IMG/VR virus record: IMGVR_UViG_3300017710_002137
Location: 17,209 to 81,208 of that record
Strand: one strand, 5' to 3'
Origin: a virus
Length of the DNA: 64,000 bases
Made by a program: the position numbers and the translations under genes. This document shows, piece after piece, positions 1 to 9,921 of the stretch (positions are counted from its first letter, which is position 1; each line of letters begins with the position of its first letter). The notes beneath the pieces were generated by a model that was not told where the DNA came from, did no database searches, and saw nothing but the letters and a program-made list of their open reading frames with translations.

Positions 1-2
1 AA

Positions 3-3000
3 GTACAGGTATTTAAAGAACCCGTATCTGAACCTCCAACTAAACCTGCTCTTAAATTAGATAGAACATCTGCTCAATTAAATATATCAGACCCAAAGGC
101 AATTAGAATAGGATACAAATCAGTAGATGCAGATAAAGTAATCTATACACTTGGAAAAGTTAAAAAAACTATTCCATTAAATGGTACTATTACATTAAGT
201 GGTAAAGACTTTCCAAACGGAGCAGGTACATATACATTATATGTTCAACCTGTATCACGAAGAGGTGGTTCTGGTGATATTGAAAAATGTATAATTACTG
301 CAGAAAGTAAAGCATATTTACCTGGTCCTGATATCACACATATTAATTATCCACAAGTAATTAAAGGACCTGATTTTAAAGGCATTGATGTTGATTTCAA
401 CATATCATGGCAATCGGTAAATACAAACTATATACACATATATCTTGGTAAACCTGTAAGGGAAAACTACTTGGGTAAATTTGAACCACAAGGTGTTGCT
501 CAATTTAATATGAGAAACATTATTAAAAAGGGTAGAAGGTTTGGAGCTTTAAGAAATTCAAGAAATATAATTAATTTTCAATTACTATTAGTTCCATATA
601 ATGAAGAGGGTGATTCAAGAGCAACAGGTAAGTTTGAAACTGTTAACATAACATTTGATAAAGGTGATTTAACTCTTAGAAGAGGAAGAGTAGTTGGTGA
701 CCTTAGAACTTCATTTGTAAAACAATGGAATTCAAAAGGGTTTGATGATTTTACTTCACCATTCTTAACTCACTACTTACACCTTGGTGATGGTAATAAT
801 AAATTGATTGGTACATGGGGAATTGATGAAACAACATTTTCAGATAAGATAACAAATCCTACTACAAATCAAATAGAATATAAAAACATAGAAAAATCTA
901 TTGTTTTAAAACTATATGAACCAATACCTCGAAATGTTGGTACAAATGATAAGATATGGATATCTAAAATACAATCCATACCATTAATTGATACAATAAC
1001 AATTACAGATGATATTGTTAGTCAATGTACACCATTAACGCCAAATTTTAATTTAGATGTTAGTGATGAAATAGGATATCAAATTCTTGATGATTTAATT
1101 TCGAGTGGTTCTGCATCTTCAACTGATGTAATAAGTCAATTTGTATCTTCAAGTGATTTTTCTTTAGAAAATCTTAATATAGAATTCGTAACTCAATCTT
1201 CGGTAGTAAAAGAAGTTGGGACAGGTTTATTATTAGAAAAGGCTGGTATAGAAGATTATAATTGGAAAGAATTTATAAAATACTCATCTGCAGGTGAACG
1301 AGTTGAAAACTTTTACTATAAGATTAAATTATTAGAAAATTATGAAGATAAATATAATACAGTAAATAGTCTTACATCTTCTATAGCAACAAGAAACGAA
1401 GCTAAAAAACTTCAATTTAAAATTGGAGAAGTAAAAAGAGGATTTGATGCATTTGAAAAATTCCTATATAGTAAACCAACTTCTCTTTCATATCCTGGAG
1501 CTGGATTAAACTCAATATCTTCATCAGAAGATTCTTCAACAATTAGTTGGTTTAATGGTATTTTAAATTCTGCGAGAGATTATGATAAATATAATACAGC
1601 AAGATTATCTTTCAATTTACCAAAACATATTAGAGATGATGAAAACAATTCTGATTTTATATTATTCTCAGATATGGTTGGACAACACTTTGATGTTATC
1701 TACACACACATTAAGGCGGTTTCAAAGAGTAATAGAGTTGAAAACAAACATGAATATGGTATAGATGATACAATGTTGTATCATATGTTGGAATCTCTTG
1801 GGTGGAACGCTGATATGGGTGTTCAAGGTCAAGCGTTGTGGGAATATGCATTTGGTAAAGATATAGATGGCAATCAAACCACCACAATGAGTGGTAAGGA
1901 TAGACAACATGAGATTTGGAGAAGATTATTAAATAACTTACCATATCTCTATAAACATAAAGGTACAAAAAGAGCAATCTCTGCGGCTTTAAGTTGTTAT
2001 GGTGTACCTGCTTCCTTATTAACAATAATGGAATTTGGTGGACCAACTGACCCAGATGGAGATACTCCACAAACATTTACTTATCAAGATAGAACAGCAT
2101 CTATTCTACTAAGCGGTTCAGCTGCTATTACAGTTCCATGGAAAAAATTTACATCAGTATTTAGTGATGATTATCCTAACTCTGTTGAGATTAGAATAAA
2201 CACAGAACAAAGACAAGACCAAACAATAATGAGTACTGATGGATGGTCTTTACATATAAATAAAGATACTGGTTCACTTGCATCAATAGAACTAAAAGTA
2301 AGTGGAAGTGATACCATATATTCTTCATCTACGAATCTTGGAGCATTGTATAATGATGAATATACACAAATAGTAGTACAAAAAACAGTAACTGGTTCTA
2401 ATGATGTATTTTATCTATATGCACAAGAGCCGTTTCAAGGTAGAATACGAACAAAATTAAGTTCAAGTTTAGAAATTTCAGGAGTTAGTTCTTGGAAGAG
2501 TGGTAGTGATTTGGTTATTGGTGGTGATAACTTAACTGCATCAATTGATGAATTTAGATTATGGAGAACTCCACTATCTGATTCAAAAATAGATAACCAT
2601 ACACTTTTACCAGATGCTATAGATGGTAACCATGTATCTGCTTCTACAACTGATTTAATATTAAGACATGATTTTGAATATCCAAAAAATAGACATACAA
2701 GTGGAGATGTTAATATAAAAAGTGTATCTATTAATAGAACATATAGTACATCTTCAATTGCATCTAACTTTGAAAATGTTTCATCATATCCATATCAATA
2801 TAAATCATATGATAGAGATGTAACGGCGGTTGTACCATCAACTGGTAACACTGTTGGTAACAAAGTAAGATTTGAAACTCAAACTTTAATTTCTGATTTA
2901 AATTATAAAAGTAGAGCAACTAAAAAATCATTTGACCAATCACCTACCGATTCAAATAGATTAGGATTATTCTTTTCTCCAACAAAGGAGATTAACATGG

Positions 3001-4133
3001 ATATCGTAAAATCATTTGGAAAGTTTAATATTGATGATTATATAGGAGACCCTTCTGATGATTATAAACCTACTTACGCTAAACTAAATCAATTAAGAGG
3101 TTATTATTTCGATAGATATTCTTTAAACATCTATGAATATATTCAACTAATTAGATACATAGACCAATCATTATTTAATATTATTATTTCATTAATACCA
3201 GGAAGAGCTCAAACAAGTCAAGGTTTGTTAATAGAACCCCATATTCTTGAAAGAAGTAAAACACAATGGAAACCATCCACTGCAGTTAAAAAAGATTATA
3301 AATCGGTTATTGATATTACTGATATAGGAGTATCTTCTGATAATAAACAATACTTGACAATAGTATCCGCATCAGACAATACATCATTAAGTGGCGAATC
3401 AAGTGATTTTGTTTCTGTTATTGATACCGATACTTCAAAAGTTTTAGTAGGAACTCATTCAGATTTTTCTGCAACAATTGGTACTGAGGATAATACAACA
3501 TTAAATGGATTTATCACTGCAAACTCAGGTTCTGATATGGCAGGGATTTCATTTACAATAGATAACACAAATTTAGGAGAATCAATACAAGGTGAATTTG
3601 ATTCTGATTCTTTTACTCAAATAGGAACAGATTCGGACTCATTATCAATAGCTGGATTTGGTGTATTTGGTAAAAACGGAAACTCTATCAGAACTAAACT
3701 TGATTCTGATAATAATTATATTCAAGAAAGAATAAAGATTTTCTTACTTAAAAAATCATATCAAGTTGATATACCAGAAAACGTATCAGTAGATGCATCA
3801 CAAGGTAGACAATTTGTATCCACAACCAAATATAAAAAGATTGTAAATATTTTACCATTTACTGGTTCTGATGGAAACGAATCAACAAATCCAACTGTAA
3901 GTGGAGATATCGTGGAGGTTACACCTTTAAATGGTTATTTCCCAACACATTACAGAAATACAGGAGACTTATCTGCTGGATTGGAAAATTCGTTTTATAA
4001 TGGTTCTAAACAAACAAGTGCAACAACTTTAGATGGTGGTTCACCTGTTGTAACGTTTACTACAAATCCGAATACATTAAAAGTTTCTGATAGTGGTAGA
4101 GGAAGTGGAGAACCAATTTTAGAGGTAGATTAA
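3..4133 (+). CDS. Large baseplate/tail structural protein, 5'-truncated by the window edge (P2 gpI-like motif plus LamG-like domain)
   Basis: The frame is open from position 3, with no stop before the TTG at 471. It contains LPYLYKHKGTKRAISAALSCYG (tail protein I-like KGT motif) and ASIDEFRLWRTPLS (LamG-like), is Ser/Thr-rich, and sits upstream of other tail genes. Confidence 0.65.
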   Translation, partial: VQVFKEPVSEPPTKPALKLDRTSAQLNISDPKAIRIGYKSVDADKVIYTLGKVKKTIPLNGTITLSGKDFPNGAGTYTLYVQPVSRRGGSGDIEKCIITAESKAYLPGPDITHINYPQVIKGPDFKGIDVDFNISWQSVNTNYIHIYLGKPVRENYLGKFEPQGVAQFNMRNIIKKGRRFGALRNSRNIINFQLLLVPYNEEGDSRATGKFETVNITFDKGDLTLRRGRVVGDLRTSFVKQWNSKGFDDFTSPFLTHYLHLGDGNNKLIGTWGIDETTFSDKITNPTTNQIEYKNIEKSIVLKLYEPIPRNVGTNDKIWISKIQSIPLIDTITITDDIVSQCTPLTPNFNLDVSDEIGYQILDDLISSGSASSTDVISQFVSSSDFSLENLNIEFVTQSSVVKEVGTGLLLEKAGIEDYNWKEFIKYSSAGERVENFYYKIKLLENYEDKYNTVNSLTSSIATRNEAKKLQFKIGEVKRGFDAFEKFLYSKPTSLSYPGAGLNSISSSEDSSTISWFNGILNSARDYDKYNTARLSFNLPKHIRDDENNSDFILFSDMVGQHFDVIYTHIKAVSKSNRVENKHEYGIDDTMLYHMLESLGWNADMGVQGQALWEYAFGKDIDGNQTTTMSGKDRQHEIWRRLLNNLPYLYKHKGTKRAISAALSCYGVPASLLTIMEFGGPTDPDGDTPQTFTYQDRTASILLSGSAAITVPWKKFTSVFSDDYPNSVEIRINTEQRQDQTIMSTDGWSLHINKDTGSLASIELKVSGSDTIYSSSTNLGALYNDEYTQIVVQKTVTGSNDVFYLYAQEPFQGRIRTKLSSSLEISGVSSWKSGSDLVIGGDNLTASIDEFRLWRTPLSDSKIDNHTLLPDAIDGNHVSASTTDLILRHDFEYPKNRHTSGDVNIKSVSINRTYSTSSIASNFENVSSYPYQYKSYDRDVTAVVPSTGNTVGNKVRFETQTLISDLNYKSRATKKSFDQSPTDSNRLGLFFSPTKEINMDIVKSFGKFNIDDYIGDPSDDYKPTYAKLNQLRGYYFDRYSLNIYEYIQLIRYIDQSLFNIIISLIPGRAQTSQGLLIEPHILERSKTQWKPSTAVKKDYKSVIDITDIGVSSDNKQYLTIVSASDNTSLSGESSDFVSVIDTDTSKVLVGTHSDFSATIGTEDNTTLNGFITANSGSDMAGISFTIDNTNLGESIQGEFDSDSFTQIGTDSDSLSIAGFGVFGKNGNSIRTKLDSDNNYIQERIKIFLLKKSYQVDIPENVSVDASQGRQFVSTTKYKKIVNILPFTGSDGNESTNPTVSGDIVEVTPLNGYFPTHYRNTGDLSAGLENSFYNGSKQTSATTLDGGSPVVTFTTNPNTLKVSDSGRGSGEPILEVD

Positions 4134-4152
4134 ACGATTTTATGATTTACTT

Positions 4153-4161
4153 ATATTTATA
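4153..4161 (+). promoter_or_regulatory. Putative phage late promoter ATATTTATA
   Basis: The same 9-mer occurs in nine intergenic gaps (4153, 6222, 7386, 16174, 24426, 49071, 54065, 57030, 59235), mostly 18-40 nt before structural-gene starts. Confidence 0.6.
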
Positions 4162-4195
4162 TATTGAATAACATTAACAAAGGAATTTTTAAATT

Positions 4196-4849
4196 ATGGC
4201 TTATTTAAATAACACCGAAATCACAGTAGATGCGATTCTCACTAAGAAGGGTAGAGAGAAATTAGCAGCTGGAGATGGTTTAAACATCACAAAGTTCGCT
4301 TTGGGTGATGATGAAATTGATTACACCCTTTACGAACCAGCACACCCAAAGGGAAGTGCTTATTATGATGCGGCAATTAAAGCAATTCCGATTACTGAAG
4401 CTTCACCCGATGAAACTCAAGTATTAAGACATAAATTAGTTACTTTACCAAAAGGTACAACTAAGATACCTAAAGTTGAATTTGGTATCCCTTCTATAAG
4501 AGTTTCACCATCATCTGGTCAAGTAACTCTTTCACCAACTACATCACCAAGTGGTAACACACAACAAGGATATACAGTAATACTTGCTAATAAAAACGCA
4601 GGTTCTATTGTTGGTAGTGGTTTAGCAGCAGGAGCAGCAACTACTCCATCATTCTTAGGAGATGAAATTACACAAACAGCAGCAATTGAAACTGGATTAA
4701 CATTTACGTTTATTCCAAATCCAAGTCTGTTAAGAGCGTTAACAACAACTATAACGGTTTATGGAAACGAAACAGGTGGTTCACAAACTATTCCTGTTAC
4801 AATTACTGACCCAAGAAGAAGCTTAGGTACACCTATTAGACGACTCTAA
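4196..4849 (+). CDS. Virion structural protein (baseplate/tail-collar-fibre-like N-terminus)
   Basis: AILTKKGREKLA...ITKFALGDD resembles the N-terminal half of tail-collar fibre (DUF3751-like) domains. Late motif and AAGGA lie upstream. Confidence 0.55.
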   Translation: MAYLNNTEITVDAILTKKGREKLAAGDGLNITKFALGDDEIDYTLYEPAHPKGSAYYDAAIKAIPITEASPDETQVLRHKLVTLPKGTTKIPKVEFGIPSIRVSPSSGQVTLSPTTSPSGNTQQGYTVILANKNAGSIVGSGLAAGAATTPSFLGDEITQTAAIETGLTFTFIPNPSLLRALTTTITVYGNETGGSQTIPVTITDPRRSLGTPIRRL

Positions 4850-4885
4850 TGGATAAAAAATTAAAGTAAAAAAGGAAAATAAAAA

Positions 4886-6115
4886 ATGGCACAAATAGCA
4901 GGACAAGCTGGAGTAAATTTAACAACTGAGTTATCAACGTATTTAGCTGATAATCAAGGTACTCTTACTTCAGAACAATTATCATCAATCATTAATCAGT
5001 ATTTAACTGGTGGTGATAAATTAGGTGCAAGTGGGGGAGCAATCGCTCAAGGCATCTATAAACGATTTGGTGAATTTGACCAAATAACAGGTAAAGTTGA
5101 AGTTGTCACGACTGGATTGTGGAGTGGAGATACTGGAAGTTTATCAACTTTCTTTACTTCATCAACACAAGTTTCTCAGGCAAGTTCAAACTACTATCTA
5201 AATGTATATAATACTGACCCAGCAAGTGATACATCAGCCGCTGTACAATACGCAGTTGCATATGGACACAGAACTGGTCAAGGTTCTATATCATTAGCAA
5301 ATTCAGATTCATCAACTTTAGCAAGTAAAGCAACTTATGCTCAATATCGTTCAATATTATTGGATAATGATGATACTCAATTCACATTTGTATCTTCATC
5401 AGCAGCTGGAACACATGACTCAGATAGTATCTATGTAATCAATGTAGCTCGTGCCCGTTACAAAGAGAAAATGGATGCTGGAAACTGGTCATTGAAAATT
5501 AGTGGTTCTAATGGAATCTCTACATTGATTGATGATAGTGGAAAGAAATTCTCAGATACAGTTGGTAAAGCTGGTAGAGTATTTGATGTTGCAAGTGGTT
5601 CATTAAATTTAGGAACTGAAAATGAAGCAACAGTTAATACAACAACCGCTTCAAATGGACAAGGATTGGGTAAATTCTATCCTGACCAAGGTTTAGTAAT
5701 TCTTAATCCAACTGCGATTCATAATTTAATCGGAACTTCAATAGATAAGGATAATGATAAAGGAGCTTCCATTTCTACATCTGTAGCTACAGAAGGTAAA
5801 AATCATTTCTTATTACACAACGCTATTGTAGGTGGGGGAGATTTTGAAGCAAGAAGAACAGAAAATGTTTCTACATCACATTACTTTGTAAGAGCAACAA
5901 ATAGAGAATTTAACTTCTCTAACAACCCAACGTTTGTAACTGGTTCAGATGGTTCATTTGCAGAATCAAGTTTTGAAACTGACCCAAGAACCTTTATCAG
6001 TACAATTGGTTTATATAATGATTCAAACGAGATACTGGCAGTTGCTAAAACATCACAACCAATTCCTAAATCATTTGATAAAGAAGTATTAATCAAAGTA
6101 AAACTTGACTTTTAA
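4886..6115 (+). CDS. Virion structural protein (baseplate/tail)
   Basis: C-terminus EFNFSNNP...ISTIGLYNDSNEILAVAKTSQPIPK...VKLDF is shared with the next gene. Ser/Thr/Gly-rich. Confidence 0.55.
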   Translation: MAQIAGQAGVNLTTELSTYLADNQGTLTSEQLSSIINQYLTGGDKLGASGGAIAQGIYKRFGEFDQITGKVEVVTTGLWSGDTGSLSTFFTSSTQVSQASSNYYLNVYNTDPASDTSAAVQYAVAYGHRTGQGSISLANSDSSTLASKATYAQYRSILLDNDDTQFTFVSSSAAGTHDSDSIYVINVARARYKEKMDAGNWSLKISGSNGISTLIDDSGKKFSDTVGKAGRVFDVASGSLNLGTENEATVNTTTASNGQGLGKFYPDQGLVILNPTAIHNLIGTSIDKDNDKGASISTSVATEGKNHFLLHNAIVGGGDFEARRTENVSTSHYFVRATNREFNFSNNPTFVTGSDGSFAESSFETDPRTFISTIGLYNDSNEILAVAKTSQPIPKSFDKEVLIKVKLDF

Positions 6116-6189
6116 TAAATAACACAGAACACTTAAGGTTGCAAACTTAAAGGTTCACGAAAAACTTAAAGAATGATATCGTTCTTTAT

Positions 6190-6213
6190 ACCCCACCGAA
6201 AGTGGGGTTTTTT
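6190..6213 (+). terminator. Rho-independent terminator
   Basis: ACCCCAC-cgaaa-GTGGGGT followed by a T run, between a stop codon and the next late motif. Confidence 0.85.
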
Positions 6214-6221
6214 GTTTCACT

Positions 6222-6230
6222 ATATTTATA
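6222..6230 (+). promoter_or_regulatory. Putative late promoter ATATTTATA, followed by SD AAGGAG
   Basis: Recurrent motif directly after the terminator and before ATG 6249. Confidence 0.6.
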
Positions 6231-6248
6231 TAAAGGAGTATTGAATCT

Positions 6249-7382
6249 ATGATAAAAAATATACCAAAAACGGCAGTTTGGAAAAAGAGTTTTCCTGTTT
6301 ATAAACAATTTACTGTTTCTAATTCGGACTATGAAGTAATATCTGGTTCTTTAGAAACAGGAAGTTTTGAAACAGGTTCTTTCAACAAGCAGGGTAATGT
6401 ATATACTCATCCATTAATTAAATCGATTATACATAAGTACTATGGTGACCATAGTAATCCATTTACAATGTATGGGGTTGTAAGTGATATTGGTAATTTT
6501 AGAAACGAAAGACAAACTGGTTCTAACGCATATGTTATATCAATTGACCAAGAAAAATATGGTGAAGGTATAAAAAAGAACTCATTACTACTAACTGACC
6601 ATGGAAATACGATTGTATATTCAGATGATGGTAGTGGTAATATAGTTTCACAATATCCAAACTACACAATTAATAGTATAGATTTTCAAACAGGTGACAT
6701 TACTATAACAGATACCGATAATGAAATATTTACAGGAAGTATTGCAAACTTTGATGTTGAGAGTGGTGTAGCTATTTTAACATTTGGTATTGATACTGAT
6801 TCTGTTGATGTAATGGTATTGGATTTTTCAGAAAATAGACTACAAACTTCTGTAGCTTTAGATTTTGATGAATTAGAGATTGATGAAGCTAGATACGGAA
6901 ACGTATTTTATGCAGATGGTACAGTAATATTGTGGGATAATCCAATTACAAATTATACTGCACAATATAGAAGTACTAAAACTATTCACGAAACAGAAGT
7001 TCTTGTACAAGTTAAAGCGGGTGAATTTAATTTTTCACAAAACCCTTCTGCTGTAGATGTTACTTTATTTAAAACTCCATATGAATTTGATATATCACAA
7101 CCATCAATACATAGAAGAGCACACAAACGAAAAATAAAAGAAATTTTAGATATATCAAGAAAAGAAGAATATTATGGAACTGTTGGAACATCGACAGGAA
7201 GTTGGGATGATTATGATAAATACAGACAAACAGACCCAACAGGTTCATATTTAGCACCATTTATTACAACCATTGCATTATACGATGATGATGGAGATAT
7301 GGTTGCAGTTGCAAAATTACCAACACCAATTAAAAATTTACCAGATATGGATATGAACTTTATTGTTCGTTTCGATACTTAA
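6249..7382 (+). CDS. Virion structural protein, paralogue of 4886..6115
   Basis: Shared motifs: D-D-(G/S)-x-G, G-x-x-F-Y-x-D-x-G, EFNFSxNP, ITTIALYDDDGDMVAVAKLPTPIK...VRFD. Confidence 0.55.
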   Translation: MIKNIPKTAVWKKSFPVYKQFTVSNSDYEVISGSLETGSFETGSFNKQGNVYTHPLIKSIIHKYYGDHSNPFTMYGVVSDIGNFRNERQTGSNAYVISIDQEKYGEGIKKNSLLLTDHGNTIVYSDDGSGNIVSQYPNYTINSIDFQTGDITITDTDNEIFTGSIANFDVESGVAILTFGIDTDSVDVMVLDFSENRLQTSVALDFDELEIDEARYGNVFYADGTVILWDNPITNYTAQYRSTKTIHETEVLVQVKAGEFNFSQNPSAVDVTLFKTPYEFDISQPSIHRRAHKRKIKEILDISRKEEYYGTVGTSTGSWDDYDKYRQTDPTGSYLAPFITTIALYDDDGDMVAVAKLPTPIKNLPDMDMNFIVRFDT

Positions 7383-7385
7383 TTA

Positions 7386-7394
7386 ATATTTATA
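7386..7394 (+). promoter_or_regulatory. Putative late promoter ATATTTATA
   Basis: Recurrent motif followed by AAGGAG and ATG 7417. Confidence 0.6.
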
Positions 7395-7416
7395 TAATAC
7401 AAAGGAGATACTTATT

Positions 7417-7599
7417 ATGGCATCAATTGAAGAACTTTACAACAAATCTGAATTCGCAAAATTTCCACAAGGAAAAGATAAAGATAAAACACCTATCGAA
7501 TTAGATGGTGGAAAAGATTTAAGAAACGAAGAGAATCTAGCAAAAGCTAGAGGTGGAAAACTGAACTTGAAAAAGTATTCAGAATCAGTTACACGCTAA
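7417..7599 (+). CDS. Small hypothetical late protein (60 aa)
   Basis: Has its own late motif and SD, and fills the intergenic gap. Confidence 0.65.
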   Translation: MASIEELYNKSEFAKFPQGKDKDKTPIELDGGKDLRNEENLAKARGGKLNLKKYSESVTR

Positions 7600-7609
7600 A
7601 TCTATAATT

Positions 7610-8182
7610 TTGGGTTTACTTATTAATACCCATCATAAATGGGCTTTTGTTCATATTCCAAAAACAGGAGGCACAAGTTTGTCAAAAGTTTTGGCAAACA
7701 TTCCAAATACTGCAAATCCTGCTGGTCACGATTCTCTAAGAATATTAGAGACTAACTTATCGGAATATTTTAAATTTACTCTTGTAAGAAATCCTTTTAC
7801 AAGAATAGCATCAGCATACTTTCATGAAATTAGAAAAACAGGATATATGACTTTTGAATCTTTTTTAAAAAATTCGAATGAATATGATTTATGGTTTTTA
7901 AATCAAACTTATTATACACATGAAGGATGTACAAACGATAAACACATGAATTATATTGGTAGATATGAAAACTACTCAAATGATGTTGAATACTTATTTA
8001 ATAAAATAGGTATAGATTCAAATATTCCTCATTTAAATCGTAATCCAATTTACGATAAACATCCAAACTTAGACCAACACAAATATTACAAGCATTTATA
8101 TTCTGAGAAGTGGATGAAGGATTGGGTACGAGAGAGGTATTATAATGATTTCAAAATTTTTAACTATGGGATGGACATATAA
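7610..8182 (+). CDS. Carbohydrate sulfotransferase (Sulfotransfer_2-like)
   Basis: 5'-PAPS motif FVHIPKTGGTS; 3'-PB motif FTLVRNPFTRIASAY; IGRYEN; C-terminal YYNDFKIFNY. TTG start. Confidence 0.85.
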   Translation: MGLLINTHHKWAFVHIPKTGGTSLSKVLANIPNTANPAGHDSLRILETNLSEYFKFTLVRNPFTRIASAYFHEIRKTGYMTFESFLKNSNEYDLWFLNQTYYTHEGCTNDKHMNYIGRYENYSNDVEYLFNKIGIDSNIPHLNRNPIYDKHPNLDQHKYYKHLYSEKWMKDWVRERYYNDFKIFNYGMDI

Positions 8183-8612
8183 CGGAAAATGTATAACAGA
8201 AATATCAGATATGCCAGAAGGTACTATCGGATTCATATACAAAATTACAAATGGACAAACAGGTCAATATTATATAGGAAAAAAATCTCTATATTCACAT
8301 AGAACTTTACCACCACTAAAGGGTTACAAAAGAAAAAGAAAAGTAGTGAAAGAATCTAAGTGGCAAGATTATCGTTCATCTAATGCAAATGTACAACTTT
8401 GGTTTAGTGAAAATGATAAAGCTTTGAATGAAGATAGAAGAAAAGATATTAATGATAGATTAGAATTAAGGATTCTTAGATTCTGTAAAGGTAAAAAATC
8501 CTTAACCTATTATGAACTACAAGAACAATTCTCACATAATGTACTTGCAGACGAGTTATCTCTAAATGATAACTTATTAGGAAAGTTTTTTAGAAAAGAC
8601 TTGGAAAATTAA
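8166..8612 (+). CDS. GIY-YIG endonuclease (T4 endonuclease II-like, stand-alone)
   Basis: GFIYKITN...YYIGKK and ESKWQDYRSS motifs. Probable start is ATG 8166 (MGWTY). Confidence 0.75.
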   Translation: MGWTYNGKCITEISDMPEGTIGFIYKITNGQTGQYYIGKKSLYSHRTLPPLKGYKRKRKVVKESKWQDYRSSNANVQLWFSENDKALNEDRRKDINDRLELRILRFCKGKKSLTYYELQEQFSHNVLADELSLNDNLLGKFFRKDLEN

Positions 8613-8631
8613 AATATTTTTTGTATATTTG
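8600..8631 (+). promoter_or_regulatory. Bacteroidota-type sigma-A promoter (-33/-7)
   Basis: cTTG (8600-8603), 20-nt spacer, TATATTTG (8624-8631), matching TTTG-N19-21-TAnnTTTG. It lies only 4 nt before ATG 8636, so the transcript may be leaderless. Confidence 0.6.
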
Positions 8632-8635
8632 ATAT

Positions 8636-9391
8636 ATGGGTAAGAATACTTTAGTTGTAATGGGATGCTCTATGACAGAAGGTCAAGGATGTTGGGGTGA
8701 TTTTAATAAACACATCACAAAAGTTGATGATATCTTAAAACTAAGGAAAAAATATATTAATAGATTTTACGAATTTGGTTGGCCAAATATTGTAGCTAAA
8801 GAACTTGGATTTGATAAAGTAATAAATTTAGGTAAAATAGGAAGTTCAACATCAGGTCAACTAAAGTTTTTTAAAGAACAGAATTTTGGTAATGATAATG
8901 TATATATTATATGGATGTTAACTGAGCCAATTCGGTTTTCTTTTTATAAAAAAGGAAAAATAAAAAACATTCATCCAGCTAAAGGAACACCTATTGGAAA
9001 TTCCTATATAGATTTTGTAGATGATATAACATTAGATTCGTGTCTTGAACAATTATTTTACATTAAGTGTATGAGAGATATTTCTAAATTGAATAACTAT
9101 AATTTATTAATTACACATTGGAACTCTGCATCTAAACACACTCAATCATTAGATGATGTTACTGATAACTATTTACACAAAGTTCCAACAACTATATTAC
9201 CATCTAATAGAAAATTTATTTCAAATGTATGTGGTCATCCTAATGAATTGGGATATGATTGGATGGCAAAAACTATATTAAAAGAAATTAAAAATAATAA
9301 TAAAAATTTTATCATATCTGATAAAAAAGATAAATTAGAATATATTGCACCTGAACACAAATCATATACTATAAATAAAGAATTACTATAA
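8636..9391 (+). CDS. SGNH/GDSL-like hydrolase or acyltransferase
   Basis: GCSMTEG block I, NLGKIGSS block II, C-terminal GHPNELGY. Confidence 0.7.
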   Translation: MGKNTLVVMGCSMTEGQGCWGDFNKHITKVDDILKLRKKYINRFYEFGWPNIVAKELGFDKVINLGKIGSSTSGQLKFFKEQNFGNDNVYIIWMLTEPIRFSFYKKGKIKNIHPAKGTPIGNSYIDFVDDITLDSCLEQLFYIKCMRDISKLNNYNLLITHWNSASKHTQSLDDVTDNYLHKVPTTILPSNRKFISNVCGHPNELGYDWMAKTILKEIKNNNKNFIISDKKDKLEYIAPEHKSYTINKELL

Positions 9392-9921
9392 TGAGTGTTA
9401 AACAGATAAAAAATATATTAAATTTAGATACGTTATCTATTATCAAAAAGAATAATAGGGATGTTTTTATTAAACAAATTAATAATCTTCAAAAAAGTAA
9501 AGAATTTTGGAATTATAAAATAGTTCAATTTAGTAACGATGTATCAATATATAACTTACCAACAGATAGTTTAGAATTTGATTTAATAAAAAAAGATATA
9601 GATAAATTAAATTTAGAGGTTAATATACAAGGAATAATGTATTACTATTGGCAACCTGGTTCATATATTCCATGGCATAACGATGGTATCTACTCTAATT
9701 CTATTACTATATACTTAAATAATAAATGGGATTATAGTGAAGGTGGTTTATTTTTATACAAAGATGGAAACGATATTAAAACTATAATACCAAGTGATAA
9801 CTTAGGAGTTATTCAAACGGGTGGTGTTGAACACTCTACAACAATAACAAACACAGAATCCCCAATTAGAAAAACTATTCAAATATTTTTAAACGATAAA
9901 AAACATAATACACTATTGTGA
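9391..9921 (+). CDS. 2OG-Fe(II) oxygenase
   Basis: WHND, YLNNKW...GG, H(ST) and R-x-T-I-Q motifs. Confidence 0.85.
   Translation: MSVKQIKNILNLDTLSIIKKNNRDVFIKQINNLQKSKEFWNYKIVQFSNDVSIYNLPTDSLEFDLIKKDIDKLNLEVNIQGIMYYYWQPGSYIPWHNDGIYSNSITIYLNNKWDYSEGGLFLYKDGNDIKTIIPSDNLGVIQTGGVEHSTTITNTESPIRKTIQIFLNDKKHNTLL

Noticed and set aside
8166-8612. Mobile homing endonuclease or intron
   Set aside because: It is a short catalytic-only GIY-YIG with no DNA-binding tail, and no interrupted gene flanks it.
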